64,000 bases of DNA. Source: an archaeon. Lineage in GTDB: Archaea > Aenigmatarchaeota > Aenigmatarchaeia > QMZP01 > JAFGSV01. This document shows, piece after piece, positions 28,090-38,500 of the stretch. The stretch lies in assembly GCA_028279705.1 (NCBI GenBank), contig JANQNF010000046.1, positions 17,019 through 81,018 of the forward strand. The letters run 5' to 3'. Numbering within the stretch: the first letter of the stretch is position 1; every line of letters starts with the position of its first letter. Under the pieces are notes generated by a model that was given only the letters and a program-made list of their open reading frames with translations, did not search any database and was not told the origin of the DNA. The position numbers and the translations under genes were made by a program.

Positions 28090-28673
28090 CCCTTCACTAT
28101 TTCACCATTTGGGGCCCTTTCCCTGAATATATCTGAATGGAAACTGTATATGCGCACATCGTCTTCTGCCCACTCGCCTGACGGAAGGCCCGCCTTCATG
28201 CAGAGATTGGAAAGAAACTCTCTGACATCCCACTTCCACTCCACCGGTACCTGTGGAAGCAGCAGTCCCCTGTCAAAACCCTTCTCTATTATGAGGCCGT
28301 CCCTTCCGATCCTGATCTTTCTCAGGTATTCCTGCGGGTCACTCACCTTTATCAGTTCCGGAGGAGATAGTACGGAGACCTCTACTACGATCTTTCCAAG
28401 CTCTTTTTCTGAAAGCGCCGGGAACCTGGGGTCCCTCGTCACGGAAATCGCCGATTCCGTGAGCGCGTCTATCAGCCTCATAATGGGCTCCGGATACCCT
28501 ATGCATCCGCGCAGTTCATTTCCAGGATGCGTGTGTATGGTCGTAAAGACGCCCGCCCTTGCTTTGAATTCAGGGGAAATTGCAACAGGCAAGTACTTAT
28601 TTCCGGACTTAACGTATTCTTCCATGACCTTCCGCGCGGTCTTGACGAGGAACCTCCCCTTTTCAATGTCCAT
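28077..28673 (-). CDS. AMMECR1 domain protein
   Basis: GVFTT, LRGCIG, DPRFP, EVSVLS, GLLLPQV, KAGL. Confidence 0.92.
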   Translation of the reverse strand: MDIEKGRFLVKTARKVMEEYVKSGNKYLPVAISPEFKARAGVFTTIHTHPGNELRGCIGYPEPIMRLIDALTESAISVTRDPRFPALSEKELGKIVVEVSVLSPPELIKVSDPQEYLRKIRIGRDGLIIEKGFDRGLLLPQVPVEWKWDVREFLSNLCMKAGLPSGEWAEDDVRIYSFHSDIFRERAPNGEIVKGCHK

Positions 28674-28700
28674 GAACAGAATTGGGTGACTGTAAATAAA

Positions 28701-29396
28701 TTAACCAGCTTTTTCCAGCACGCCAAGAATCTCATCGAACTTCTTTATGGTAAAGTCTGCCTTTCCCTTCGAGCTCTTGTCTGAAAGGTGAACTGCGGTC
28801 ATACCCAAATGCTTTGCCCCTTCAACGTCCTGTTCAAGTGAGTCCCCAAGCATCACGGCTTCCTCCGGAAGACACCCTGCCTTCTTCAGCGCAAGCAGGA
28901 AAACCGCCGGATGGGGCTTCTCCTTTCCGGCTTCCTGGCTGGTGACCACGAAATCTATGTAATCCTCCACTCCGAGCCTTTCAAGCTTTTTTATCTGAAC
29001 GTCTGCGACGAGGTTTGTTGCAAGCCCTATCAGTATACCGCTTTTCTTGATCTTCTTCATGGCTTCCATGACACCGGGAAAAAGGCTGAGGTTCGAATAA
29101 GTGGACTTCCAGTATACTTCCGTTATGTCGCTCAGTGTTCCCGGCTCGAACGGAAGCTTCATCCGCTCAGACATCCTCTGGAAGTAAAGGAACCTGTCGT
29201 GCATCGATGCAGTCCCGCTGAGTTCGAGATGTATCTCCTTTCTAGCTTCCATGTAGTTCTCGACAAAGTCCTTCTTGCTTACATCCAGGTGCATCTTCCT
29301 GAAGAACTCGTAGCACTCTTCAAGTGCCTTTTCATAAGCCTGCGTGGCATTGCATATTGTGTCGTCTATGTCAAGCATGAGAAGTTTCTTTCTCAC
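28701..29396 (-). CDS. HAD-superfamily hydrolase
   Basis: DIDDT, KPHP, GDSLEQDV. Confidence 0.9.
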   Translation of the reverse strand: MRKKLLMLDIDDTICNATQAYEKALEECYEFFRKMHLDVSKKDFVENYMEARKEIHLELSGTASMHDRFLYFQRMSERMKLPFEPGTLSDITEVYWKSTYSNLSLFPGVMEAMKKIKKSGILIGLATNLVADVQIKKLERLGVEDYIDFVVTSQEAGKEKPHPAVFLLALKKAGCLPEEAVMLGDSLEQDVEGAKHLGMTAVHLSDKSSKGKADFTIKKFDEILGVLEKAG

Positions 29397-30366
29397 TACA
29401 CTCCACCTTTGGCTTTTTTAGATAAGTGTTTGCATGATGCATGAACTTGTCAAGTGTCCCTCTAGGTATCCTCGCACCAGCAGCTCCCGGGTGGCCGCCA
29501 CCGGAGCCGCCAACGGCATCTGCACACGTGTCCATCATGTCGTTTAAAAGGACATCGCTTTTTCTCTTCCTCACAGTGATGTCTATGTGGTCGCCTCTTT
29601 CCAGTATGAACATGCCAACCTCGGTGTCACCGACGGTTGCAGAAAAAAGCGCTGCAGGTCCCCTGAAACCGAAGTTTGGCATGTTCTGTACCACGCCAAT
29701 TTTTCCGATCTTCTCTGCATGTGCCTTTACATATTCGTAAAGCTCAAACTCCCTGGTAACGGCAAGCTTTGCTGACCTCACAAGGCCGGGAACGTCTGAT
29801 GGATTCTTGCCAAGGGACAGCGTCTCCACGATGTCCCTTTTGGCATCGTAGCTTCCAAACTGTTTGCTCTTTATACCCAGTATGAGCGTTGAAACCTCAA
29901 AATAAAGCGCCCTCCTGTCCCAGTTGAACATCCTCTCGTGCACAAACTCCGTATCATCCTCATAGTCGCCTATGGCACCGTAAAGTGCTATCCAGATCCT
30001 TTCCTTTGGTATGTCATTCTGGTAATGCCTGTAAACAAGCTCTGACGCGCTCACGTTCAGCTTGTGAATGTATTCGATATCAGAGAAATCCTCCCTGGTT
30101 ATGTTGTCGGGTATCCTGTGGTGGTCGAAGTATGTTATCTGTGTCTTCCTTGACTTGTTCTTCAAAAGCTTCACTATCTTCTGTGCGTCCTTTCTTGTGA
30201 TGGCAATGTCTGCTATGATTATCTTGTCGGCGTTCGTCTGCGAAAGATCACTGAGAAAGGAAACAGGCTTTGTGAAGAACACTTCAGCGTCAGGGTACTT
30301 GGCCTTTGCTATCGCACCGGAGCACATGCCATCGCAGTCGGCGTGAGTGAGAATAACTGTTTTCAT
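29371..30366 (-). CDS. DHH/DHHA1 phosphoesterase
   Basis: HADCDG, DHH, GAIGD, GGGHPGAAG. Confidence 0.9.
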   Translation of the reverse strand: MKTVILTHADCDGMCSGAIAKAKYPDAEVFFTKPVSFLSDLSQTNADKIIIADIAITRKDAQKIVKLLKNKSRKTQITYFDHHRIPDNITREDFSDIEYIHKLNVSASELVYRHYQNDIPKERIWIALYGAIGDYEDDTEFVHERMFNWDRRALYFEVSTLILGIKSKQFGSYDAKRDIVETLSLGKNPSDVPGLVRSAKLAVTREFELYEYVKAHAEKIGKIGVVQNMPNFGFRGPAALFSATVGDTEVGMFILERGDHIDITVRKRKSDVLLNDMMDTCADAVGGSGGGHPGAAGARIPRGTLDKFMHHANTYLKKPKVECSEKETSHA

Positions 30367-30503
30367 AACTTATCTTAGTCGTTTTCAAATAAATATGAAA
30401 TATTTACCGGCTGAGACGGTATGTGAATGAACTTTATCTACAAACAATTTTGGGACACTCGATATGGTTAATTATTTAAACAGGTGATTACAAAAATAAA
30501 CAC

Positions 30504-31058
30504 ATGGTTAAAAAAATAACCACATCATTTAACTTAAGGGAAGATATACTCAGGCTTTTTTTTGATAGTCCGAGAAGAAAATACCATATTAGGGAGGTAG
30601 CTTCGTTGGTCGGTGTCGCACCGAGAACTGCAAAGAGGTATCTTGAGAACATGCGGGAAATGAAGCTTCTTTCACTGAGTAAGGATAAGCTATACGATTC
30701 ATATGTTGCTGACATAGAGTCAGTGGATTTCAAAAACTCCAAGGTTTTCTATGTTATGAAAAAAATAAGAGATTCCGGTCTTGTCGATTTTATTGAAAGG
30801 AAATTCAACTATCCAGCGATAATACTTTATGGAAGCGCCTCCAGAGGAGAAGACGTTGAAAATAGTGACATAGATATATTTGTGGTAGCAAAGAAGTGCG
30901 AAGATGTCAATGTTGATAAATTCAGTCAGTTCATTGGAAGGGAAATGCATGTGATGTGTATGAGTGAGGGTAGTTTCAAATCTGGTAAAAACAGCGAACT
31001 GATAAATAACGTGATAAACGGGATTGTAATATCAGGTTTTTTGGAGGCCTTTGAATGA
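30504..31058 (+). CDS. HTH + minimal nucleotidyltransferase (MNT antitoxin)
   Basis: LYGSASRGED...SDIDIFVV. Confidence 0.88.
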   Translation: MVKKITTSFNLREDILRLFFDSPRRKYHIREVASLVGVAPRTAKRYLENMREMKLLSLSKDKLYDSYVADIESVDFKNSKVFYVMKKIRDSGLVDFIERKFNYPAIILYGSASRGEDVENSDIDIFVVAKKCEDVNVDKFSQFIGREMHVMCMSEGSFKSGKNSELINNVINGIVISGFLEAFE

Positions 31059-31477
31059 GATGGGAAGAATGTGTGGAGCGTGGTACGGCACGAAAGGGTA
31101 GGCCAGACTTCCAGCGTGCCAAATCTCTGTTTGCCATGGCGGAAGTAAGACTCGATGTAATTAAGGAGATTGAAATGGACGATGACAGCGCTTCTGTCAT
31201 ATTCACAATGATGTATGAATCCATCCTTGAGTTTGCCCATGCATTGGCTGCATTGAGTGGGTATAAGATACTGGATCATGTTTGCACGAAAGCGTTCCTT
31301 GAAGATATGGGAATTAGATCAATCGCCGCCAAGTTCGACATCTACAGGAAAAACAGAAACAGTGTAAACTACTACGGGAAGAAACTTGAGCGTGAGTATG
31401 TGGAAATCTCACTTCGGGAAATGAACGGCGTGATTGGAAAGCTGAAGAGCGAATATGCGAAATTAACCAGCAGATAA
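31055..31477 (+). CDS. HEPN domain protein (partner of MNT)
   Basis: Coupled to MNT; LALSGYK..DH and RNSVNYYG motifs. Confidence 0.8.
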   Translation: MRWEECVERGTARKGRPDFQRAKSLFAMAEVRLDVIKEIEMDDDSASVIFTMMYESILEFAHALAALSGYKILDHVCTKAFLEDMGIRSIAAKFDIYRKNRNSVNYYGKKLEREYVEISLREMNGVIGKLKSEYAKLTSR

Positions 31478-31517
31478 CGTTCAAAATAACAAACAATTGT
31501 TTGATATTTTTACACGA

Positions 31518-32807
31518 CTAAAACTCTTCCCTGCTGCTGTCAACCTGGTACTTCCCTTTCTTCATGTACGTGCTATTCATCTGATACGTTATTTCGGACT
31601 TATATGAACTGGTTCCGATTTCATCTTCAAGCTTAAAATCATACCGCTTTACTGGTGTTTCGTTCTCGATTTCCGTGTCTTCGAATTTCACTTCCACCTC
31701 AAAGCCTTCGTAAGCCGGTGGATAATTCGAGGGTGACCCGTCTGCTCTGAATTTCCAGATAATTTCGCCGCTTTCAGTGTCAAGTGCGTAGAAATTGCAG
31801 TCATATGAGCCGAAGTATACTTTTCCTTCCCATATCGCAGGCTGCCACCAGTTTATCTCACGTGTCCTGAACTTCCACAACACAATCCCGTTCATGTCGA
31901 TGCAGTAGAGGTTCTGGTCCTCACATGTGAAGTATATCTTGTCGTTGTATATCGTCGGCTGGCCTGTGGGTTTTGTGGTCGAGAATTTCCAAAGGGCTTT
32001 CCCGTCAAGGTCGAAACCGAACACGTTCCCGTCCTCCGTAGGTACAATCAGGATATCATTGTGAATCACTGTACCGCATGTCATGCCGTATTGGCTTATC
32101 TTCTTCTTCCATATTATCTGACCGGTCCTCGCGTCTGCCTTCCTCAGAAGATTGTCGAGTGATGTGAGGTATATGAATCCATCCTTTATTGCGAAGCCTC
32201 CTGAATTCGTTATGTTCTGCTCTGTTCTTATCTTCCATATGAAACGTCCTGAAACACTGTCCATGCAGTAGAAGTTCTTGTCATATGAGCCAAAGATAAC
32301 CGTGTTTTCGAAGAAAATTGGATCTGCAAGTATCTTGTCATGCGTTTTGTATTTCCATACAAGGCTTCCATCGTTTGCGCTGACAGCGTAGAAGTTCTTG
32401 TCAAGGGAACCGAAATAGACAATACCGTCTCTCACGCTCACGCCAGATATTATCGCATTCTCTGTTCTGAACTTCCATATAAGCTCTCCCGTGTCTGCAT
32501 CGAATGCGTAGAGGTTGTGGTCATGTGAGCCAATGAAAATCATACCATCATAAACATCTGGGGAACATATTCCGATTCTGTCTTTGGTCTTGTACTTCCA
32601 GACGAGTCTTCCGGTTGCAGCATCGACACAGTGCATGTTGTGATTGTAGGACCCGAAATATACTTTTCCATTGTGTATGAGTGGATGCTGGTCTATGCTT
32701 CCACCAGTGCTGATTCTCATTATACGGTCAAATTCCTTGACCTGTTTTACTTCATACTCTCCCATCTCAAGGGAGAAATCGTTGAGATCAAATGAGGCTT
32801 CTTCCAT
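31518..32807 (-). CDS. PQQ-like/BamB beta-propeller repeat protein
   Basis: Repeated YFGSxD..LYA.DA.TG..IWK. Confidence 0.9.
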   Translation of the reverse strand: MEEASFDLNDFSLEMGEYEVKQVKEFDRIMRISTGGSIDQHPLIHNGKVYFGSYNHNMHCVDAATGRLVWKYKTKDRIGICSPDVYDGMIFIGSHDHNLYAFDADTGELIWKFRTENAIISGVSVRDGIVYFGSLDKNFYAVSANDGSLVWKYKTHDKILADPIFFENTVIFGSYDKNFYCMDSVSGRFIWKIRTEQNITNSGGFAIKDGFIYLTSLDNLLRKADARTGQIIWKKKISQYGMTCGTVIHNDILIVPTEDGNVFGFDLDGKALWKFSTTKPTGQPTIYNDKIYFTCEDQNLYCIDMNGIVLWKFRTREINWWQPAIWEGKVYFGSYDCNFYALDTESGEIIWKFRADGSPSNYPPAYEGFEVEVKFEDTEIENETPVKRYDFKLEDEIGTSSYKSEITYQMNSTYMKKGKYQVDSSREEF

Positions 32808-32996
32808 GACGTAATAATGTAGCTAAAATTAAAGTATGTTACCCCAAGAATAAAACGGGACTATTCTTTCAGATGCGACAGACAACTTGTCACACACAGT
32901 CGGCGTGGGTAAGAATTACTGTTTTCATAACTTATCTTAGTTGTTTTCAAATAAATATGAAATAATTCCAGGTGTGACAGTATTTAATCAGAGTCT

Positions 32997-33242
32997 TTAC
33001 TTGTATACTTTCTTGCGGTGTTCAAAACAGTTGATTACTATACAGTTTTTCTCAAGTCTGTAAACAACCCTGAAAGGCTTTATAACAAGCCTTCTATGTC
33101 CCTTTAGTTCGTGTCTCAATGGCCTGCCGGATTCTGGTATTTCTTTCAGTTTGCTTATAGCTTTGATTATCTTTTCCCGGAGAAAGTGGTCCTTGATTCT
33201 TTTATAGTCCTTTCTGAACTGCTCGGAAAATATTATTTCCAT
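32997..33242 (-). CDS. RelE/ParE family toxin
   Basis: FRKDYKR...GRPL...RRL...FRVVY...HRKKVY. Confidence 0.88.
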   Translation of the reverse strand: MEIIFSEQFRKDYKRIKDHFLREKIIKAISKLKEIPESGRPLRHELKGHRRLVIKPFRVVYRLEKNCIVINCFEHRKKVYK

Positions 33243-33243
33243 T

Positions 33244-33522
33244 CTATTCTCCCATCAGAAGGTCATCTATTTCCTTGAAAGACATGCTCGTATCGGCCTT
33301 GACTACTCTTCCCTTCTTGATGTCTTCCTCTCCTTTTTCAATCCTGTTCATTAAGTCCATCTCCTCTATGAGCATTTTGTCTTTTATTGGCTTCAGCATG
33401 ATATTGCCATTCTCATTGAAGATGAGGAACTTTGTCTGAGGTTTCAATCTTGAGTCTCTTCTTATCTCTACCGGGATTACCACCTGGCCGTTTGTAGACA
33501 TCTTTGTTATGGACACTTCCAT
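33244..33522 (-). CDS. AbrB/MazE-type antitoxin
   Basis: TKMSTNGQVVIPVEIR. Confidence 0.88.
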   Translation of the reverse strand: MEVSITKMSTNGQVVIPVEIRRDSRLKPQTKFLIFNENGNIMLKPIKDKMLIEEMDLMNRIEKGEEDIKKGRVVKADTSMSFKEIDDLLMGE

Positions 33523-33596
33523 AATAACACCTTATTCATTTAAAATATATTTTAATATTAAAATATATTATATAAAAAGCTATCGTTTATCTGTGG

Positions 33597-33705
33597 CTAA
33601 AACTCTTCCTCTTTACTGTCTATCTGGTACTTCCCCTTTGAAGCATATTGGGTGGAGATTTGGTAGGTTATGCGGGATTGTATGTGCTTTTGCTCTCTTA
33701 CTCAA
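33597..33705 (-). pseudogene. C-terminal remnant of a second PQQ-propeller gene
   Basis: SRITYQISTQYASKGKYQIDSKEEEF-stop resembles SEITYQMNSTYMKKGKYQVDSSREEF of 31518-32807; frameshift and stop upstream. Confidence 0.75.
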
Positions 33706-33735
33706 GACTTCGTCGTTGGTGTATGCAATGTCGCA

Positions 33736-35112
33736 TTAATCATTGTCAGGTTTCCCTCCAAGTTTCCTGATAACTTTCTTCAGTTCAACCATTTTCAGTT
33801 CCCTGCCTATAGCCAATTTATTGAATTTTTCGAGTTCTTCGTTTTTGGATTCCAGTTCTATTGTTCTTTTCTTAACAGTCTTCTCAAGATTTTCACTGTA
33901 CTTTTCAAGCTCGTTCCTTTGGTTATTCAGCGTCTCTGCCATTTGGTTAAAACCGGAAGCAAACTCACCCAATTCGTCGCCAGATTCAACTCTCACCCTC
34001 ACACTGAGATCACCTTCAATGATCTTATTCACAGCGCTTTTCAATTTGCTGATGGGTTTTGATATTGAACGGGAAATTGAAAATGCAATGAAAATCCCTG
34101 ATATGACTAAAATTGCAGTGAAAGATATTATGTTGTTCTTCAGTATGAAGATTGGCTCCAATACTTCATTTTCATCCTGCTGGACCATTATGATCCACTG
34201 CATCCCTTCAAAATCTCCGTATTTTTCGGGACGTGTATATGAAAGCAACTTTTTCTTTCCACCCTCCTCGAAAATGAAAAAGCCTTCGTTGTCTTTCATG
34301 TTCTTGAAAAAATCCTTGTCGGACACGTCTTCTGAAAATTTGAATGCATCGCTTGAATATACAAGATTTCCCTTTTCTGTCATGATTTTAATTTCAGTTG
34401 TCCTGAACTTCTCTATTTCAAAGGTTTCCTTCACAACCCATTCAAATGGTATGACAGCCTTTAAAACCCCGATGAAGTTACCGTTTTCATCATCGACCCT
34501 TACTCCTATACTTATTGAATACATGCCAGCACTTTCATCATACTCGACATTGCCTGCGTATGTGCCCTGAGATGCAGTCTTCTGCCACCATAATTCATCA
34601 TCCTGCTTATAATCAGATGTTTTTGATGTCAGGGCAACGATTGCTCCGTATTTGTTGGTTACAAATATTTCACCAAATACGTTGTAACCGTATTTTTTCC
34701 TGTAAAAATCTATCAATTCCCTGTTCATGTTATTTGACAATTCATTTGTTAGCAGATCACGCATAAAAGGGGTGATTTCATCACCCGGGGCAGAACTCCA
34801 TCCATGATTTTTTTCATCCAGATATTCCCTGAAATTTTCCATTTCTTCAAATTCCCCGTTTGATTCTGAGACAAATTTCTGGATCAGTGAATATTTTGAA
34901 TATGTTTGCAGGCCTTCCATCTTTACATAGATCTCATTATCTATTCCTTTTAAAATGTGTTTTGCTGTGGATATGGAATTCATTCCAACGGAGTGCTCAA
35001 GGGATTCTTGACTAACATTGACCGAATAGAGAGCCAGGACAACCACCATCATTATAAGAAATAAGTAGCTCACTGCCAATTTTGTAACTATGCTGATTTT
35101 CATTACCATCAC
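33736..35112 (-). CDS. Membrane sensor, Cache + HAMP, no kinase/output domain
   Basis: Two TM; WWQ..YDES Cache pattern; HAMP (PISKL..GDL..DELGE..FNQM); ends GRELKMVELK. Confidence 0.82.
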   Translation of the reverse strand: MMVMKISIVTKLAVSYLFLIMMVVVLALYSVNVSQESLEHSVGMNSISTAKHILKGIDNEIYVKMEGLQTYSKYSLIQKFVSESNGEFEEMENFREYLDEKNHGWSSAPGDEITPFMRDLLTNELSNNMNRELIDFYRKKYGYNVFGEIFVTNKYGAIVALTSKTSDYKQDDELWWQKTASQGTYAGNVEYDESAGMYSISIGVRVDDENGNFIGVLKAVIPFEWVVKETFEIEKFRTTEIKIMTEKGNLVYSSDAFKFSEDVSDKDFFKNMKDNEGFFIFEEGGKKKLLSYTRPEKYGDFEGMQWIIMVQQDENEVLEPIFILKNNIISFTAILVISGIFIAFSISRSISKPISKLKSAVNKIIEGDLSVRVRVESGDELGEFASGFNQMAETLNNQRNELEKYSENLEKTVKKRTIELESKNEELEKFNKLAIGRELKMVELKKVIRKLGGKPDND

Positions 35113-36206
35113 ACATATTTGAAATTCTGTCGCCCAATCTGGGCAGGATAGAGGGGAAAAGTGATGTCATGGTCCCCCTTTTCTACGTTGAGGCAACCAA
35201 AAACTCCGCAATAGACAAACCCGTCTCCGAGAATATCTTTAATGGACGTACGTGATGTCTTTTCATCTTCCAGTAATCCTTTCAGTATTCTTATGAAATC
35301 GTAACCAATGCCTGCGTAATGATTAAACGATTTGCCATACTTGGTTTCATATTTTTTTCTGACATCGCGGGAAAAAATGAAGTTGGGATCATAGATTATT
35401 GGCGCTGCCGTGTACGCCCCTCTCGTCCAGGATGAATCTGAAACAGGTGGCGATGAAGTTGCAGAAGACCCTATTATGAACTCACTGAAATCCATTTCTC
35501 TTAACTGTCTTAGGACAATTTCCAGATGACTTTCCATTCCTAAAACATAGATCGCATCCATGTCCCCAAGGTCTTTGATTTTATCTCTGAAATCTGTATT
35601 ATCCAGCCCGAAAGATTCGCTTTTGAAAGATGTACCTTTCATCTCAAATTCACCCTTCAATATTTCGTGGAAATGTGAGAATTCAGTCGTGTTCAAGTAC
35701 AGAACACCCAAGCTTTCTATTCCCAGCTCGCCCAATAGTGGAAGCATGTATCGTATTTCATCCTCAGGTACCGTATAATAACTGAAAGACCATTCTCTTT
35801 TCGGGACTTTAACTGAAGTTGCCAGGCCCACGAGAGTGACTTCATTTTCTTCAGCCTGTTCGGAAAGTGGCAGTGAAACACCGCTTTCTGTCGATACGTA
35901 CAGGACTGGCCGGTGTTCGGCTTCCATTTCATTGAACACCTCGATACCTCTTTTGGGGTCTGTCCGGCTATCCTCTATGACCAATTCTATCTTTCTTCCG
36001 TTCAGCCCACCCCAGTAGTTTATTTCTTCAATTGCCAGAAGCATCCCGTCCCTTACCTCTTCTCCTGTGTAGGATGCCGGACCGGAAAGTGAGAGAACTG
36101 CGCCTATTTTGATAGTTCTGTCGGCATCATTTACCTGGAAAGCGAAAAAGACGATAATGCAAATTGACATTGTTGCGATAAGCGAATAAATAATCTTTCT
36201 CTCCAT
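35109..36206 (-). CDS. Branched-chain amino acid type substrate-binding protein
   Basis: IKIGAVLSLSGPA, GGLNGRKIELVIEDS. Confidence 0.88.
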   Translation of the reverse strand: MERKIIYSLIATMSICIIVFFAFQVNDADRTIKIGAVLSLSGPASYTGEEVRDGMLLAIEEINYWGGLNGRKIELVIEDSRTDPKRGIEVFNEMEAEHRPVLYVSTESGVSLPLSEQAEENEVTLVGLATSVKVPKREWSFSYYTVPEDEIRYMLPLLGELGIESLGVLYLNTTEFSHFHEILKGEFEMKGTSFKSESFGLDNTDFRDKIKDLGDMDAIYVLGMESHLEIVLRQLREMDFSEFIIGSSATSSPPVSDSSWTRGAYTAAPIIYDPNFIFSRDVRKKYETKYGKSFNHYAGIGYDFIRILKGLLEDEKTSRTSIKDILGDGFVYCGVFGCLNVEKGDHDITFPLYPAQIGRQNFKYV

Positions 36207-36233
36207 TTTCCTACCCGTTTTTTTATCACGCCG

Positions 36234-37538
36234 CTATTCGGGAGAAGGGTACCAGTACCTTTTTTCAGCTGCATCCAAAGGCCATATGGTAACAAGTTCG
36301 CCGTTCTGCCACTGCATTACCAGTGTTGAAAGTTTGTTCTGGTTGGTGAAATCATCGAAATTCTCAAATTTGATAGGTCCAAATGGGCTGTCTCTATCTG
36401 TTTTTTTAAGCGCTTCGATGAGGTCTTCTGATCCGAGTGATTCTGTTCTTTCTAGAGCATCTATCAGGACTAAGAATGACGAATATCCTCTTGCACCGTG
36501 GTAACTTGGGACTTCCCCGTACCTCGATTCATAATCACTGCTGAATTTGCTAGCTCCGGAATATTTGACCCCGGATGTCCATGTGGCAATGGTGACGACA
36601 GCATCTGCAGCGTCCCCTGTGACCGTGCCGAAGTCCTGGACAGCGAATCCTCCGCCACCTCCGACAAACAGCTTGGGACTCACCTCCAGCTCTTTTGCCT
36701 GTTTCATTAGAAGTGAGCCGTCTTCCAGATAAGACACCATGAACACAATGTCAGGATTTTTACCCTTTATTTCAGTTAGCATCTGGCTGAAATCGGTAGT
36801 ATCCTCGGCGTATGATTGATCATACACAACTTCTATACCCTCGTTTGCGCTGAATTCCCTCATAGTTTCTGCAAGACCCGTACCGAAATCACTGGATTCG
36901 TATATCAATGCTATCGTATCCGGTTTGGCAACGCTGGTTAAAAAATCCTGCAGGCCGGAAGGGTACTGGCTGTTTGATGGGAGTATTCTGAACACGTTAT
37001 CCCATCCCTGCTGGGTAATTTTATCAGAAGAGCCTGACTGGATCAGGTAAGGAGTGTTATGCTCCGCGGCAATCTGTGCCACTTCCCATGTTTTGGAACT
37101 TCCATAAAAACCATAAAGTATTGGTGTTTTGTCCTCAACGATCAACCTTGTTGCGATTTCTTTTACTTTTTCCGTATCCCCGCCGGTATCTTCAAATGAG
37201 AGTACCATTTTTTTCCCTTGCAGAATCCCTTTCTTGAATCCGCCCGCGTCATTGAACTCATTCAGTGAGATGATCATTGACCGTTTTATTATTTCTGCAA
37301 ATTCTGATTTTGACCCGGAAAACGGCAGTGGTACACTCAGAGTGAATGCGTCCGGATCTTCAACCGGTCCGGACTTGGTGATGGGTAGGGTTTCCACTAC
37401 ATCTTTTTCGCTACCCGCGGTTTCAGAGATTTTGTTGGTGTCTGTCTGGACATCATCTGTGACAGAGGTGTTGGTGCATCCGCTGCTTGTGAGTAGTATT
37501 AGAAAGAGAATTGAAAAAAATACATAACATTTTTTCAT
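36234..37538 (-). CDS. Branched-chain amino acid type substrate-binding lipoprotein
   Basis: SSGC lipobox; PFSG...EDT...GFYGS...FR. Confidence 0.88.
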   Translation of the reverse strand: MKKCYVFFSILFLILLTSSGCTNTSVTDDVQTDTNKISETAGSEKDVVETLPITKSGPVEDPDAFTLSVPLPFSGSKSEFAEIIKRSMIISLNEFNDAGGFKKGILQGKKMVLSFEDTGGDTEKVKEIATRLIVEDKTPILYGFYGSSKTWEVAQIAAEHNTPYLIQSGSSDKITQQGWDNVFRILPSNSQYPSGLQDFLTSVAKPDTIALIYESSDFGTGLAETMREFSANEGIEVVYDQSYAEDTTDFSQMLTEIKGKNPDIVFMVSYLEDGSLLMKQAKELEVSPKLFVGGGGGFAVQDFGTVTGDAADAVVTIATWTSGVKYSGASKFSSDYESRYGEVPSYHGARGYSSFLVLIDALERTESLGSEDLIEALKKTDRDSPFGPIKFENFDDFTNQNKLSTLVMQWQNGELVTIWPLDAAEKRYWYPSPE

Positions 37539-37564
37539 TTTAGCACACTTTTTATTATAATGGT

Positions 37565-37756
37565 TTAAGTATATATTGTTTTTTGATATACTAAAGTTGC
37601 ATTAATATGATTTATTGAGTGGGCGTTTAAGGATTTCCCTCTTCTCCTGTTCTCGAATATTACAAGTGTTGCAGGTATCAGTGTTATTGAAGCGAGAAAC
37701 GAATAAAGCACGCCGAACAATCCAGACTTCATGGTAACGCATTGCGAAACTTCCAA
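37565..37756 (-). pseudogene. Possible last-TM remnant of an RND/MMPL transporter
   Basis: GVLYSFLASITLIPATLVIFE resembles RND C-termini; weak. Confidence 0.3.
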
Positions 37757-37902
37757 AAATCGAAATAAGGCAAAGCATTCTATGAATCCATTCTATTTTT
37801 CATGGGACAGGATCCCATGAGCGGGCTCTTCGGAAATCGTGAAAAAGAATGCGGCGTAATCACAATCACATATATTAATGGAAATCGCATATTGATAATT
37901 GT

Positions 37903-38500
37903 ATGGAGCAAGAGCCTGATGGGGATTCGAAGCTGATGGAAAATGCGCTCATGGGCATGTGGATCACCTGCTCTAACAATGCCATCAAGGCCATTTCGGG
38001 AACCATGCAAAAGGAAGCCGAGATAAAGAGTCAGTCCATAAAGAGGATGTCACTGAAAGATGTCCCCAAGTTCCTCGATTCTGACAGCCATAAGAGCACG
38101 ATAGTTTGGATGCAGCTCAAGGGCGAAGTGGAAGGTGCAATTTTGATGAGTTTCTCCGTTGACGACATACTTAAACTGGAGAACATACTGCTTCACAAGA
38201 AAGTGGAATATTTCCAGACGCTCAGTGAAGAGAACACTGTGGTAATCAAGGAGCTTGCAAAGATAATAGCATACTTCTACATGGAGGAGCTTGTAAAACT
38301 CTTCGATTTCAAATTGAAAGATCCCTCTTTGTCGACCAGCCCGTACAGGGTGCCTGAGTTCCTTGGCATGGGAGACACAGAGAATGATAGCATCGGAGTA
38401 CTGGCTCTTGAGGCTTTGATGAACATCCCGCAGGAAGACATATCAGTGAATGTTTTCCTTCTGTTCAGGGAAGATTTCTCAAGCGTGATCTCAGACAACA
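37903..38500 (+). pseudogene. CheC-like protein lacking its own stop (reads through to 38787)
   Basis: NNAIKAIS, LKGEVEG, IKELAKI; tail is antisense to the receiver gene. Confidence 0.65.

Larger units (their letters stand above)
30335..32983. repeat. About 88-bp direct repeat (30335-30422; 32897-32983) covering the DHH promoter and first 11 codons, flanking a 2.5-kb insert
   Basis: Alignable by eye; second copy reads MKTVILTHADCV-stop. Confidence 0.88.
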
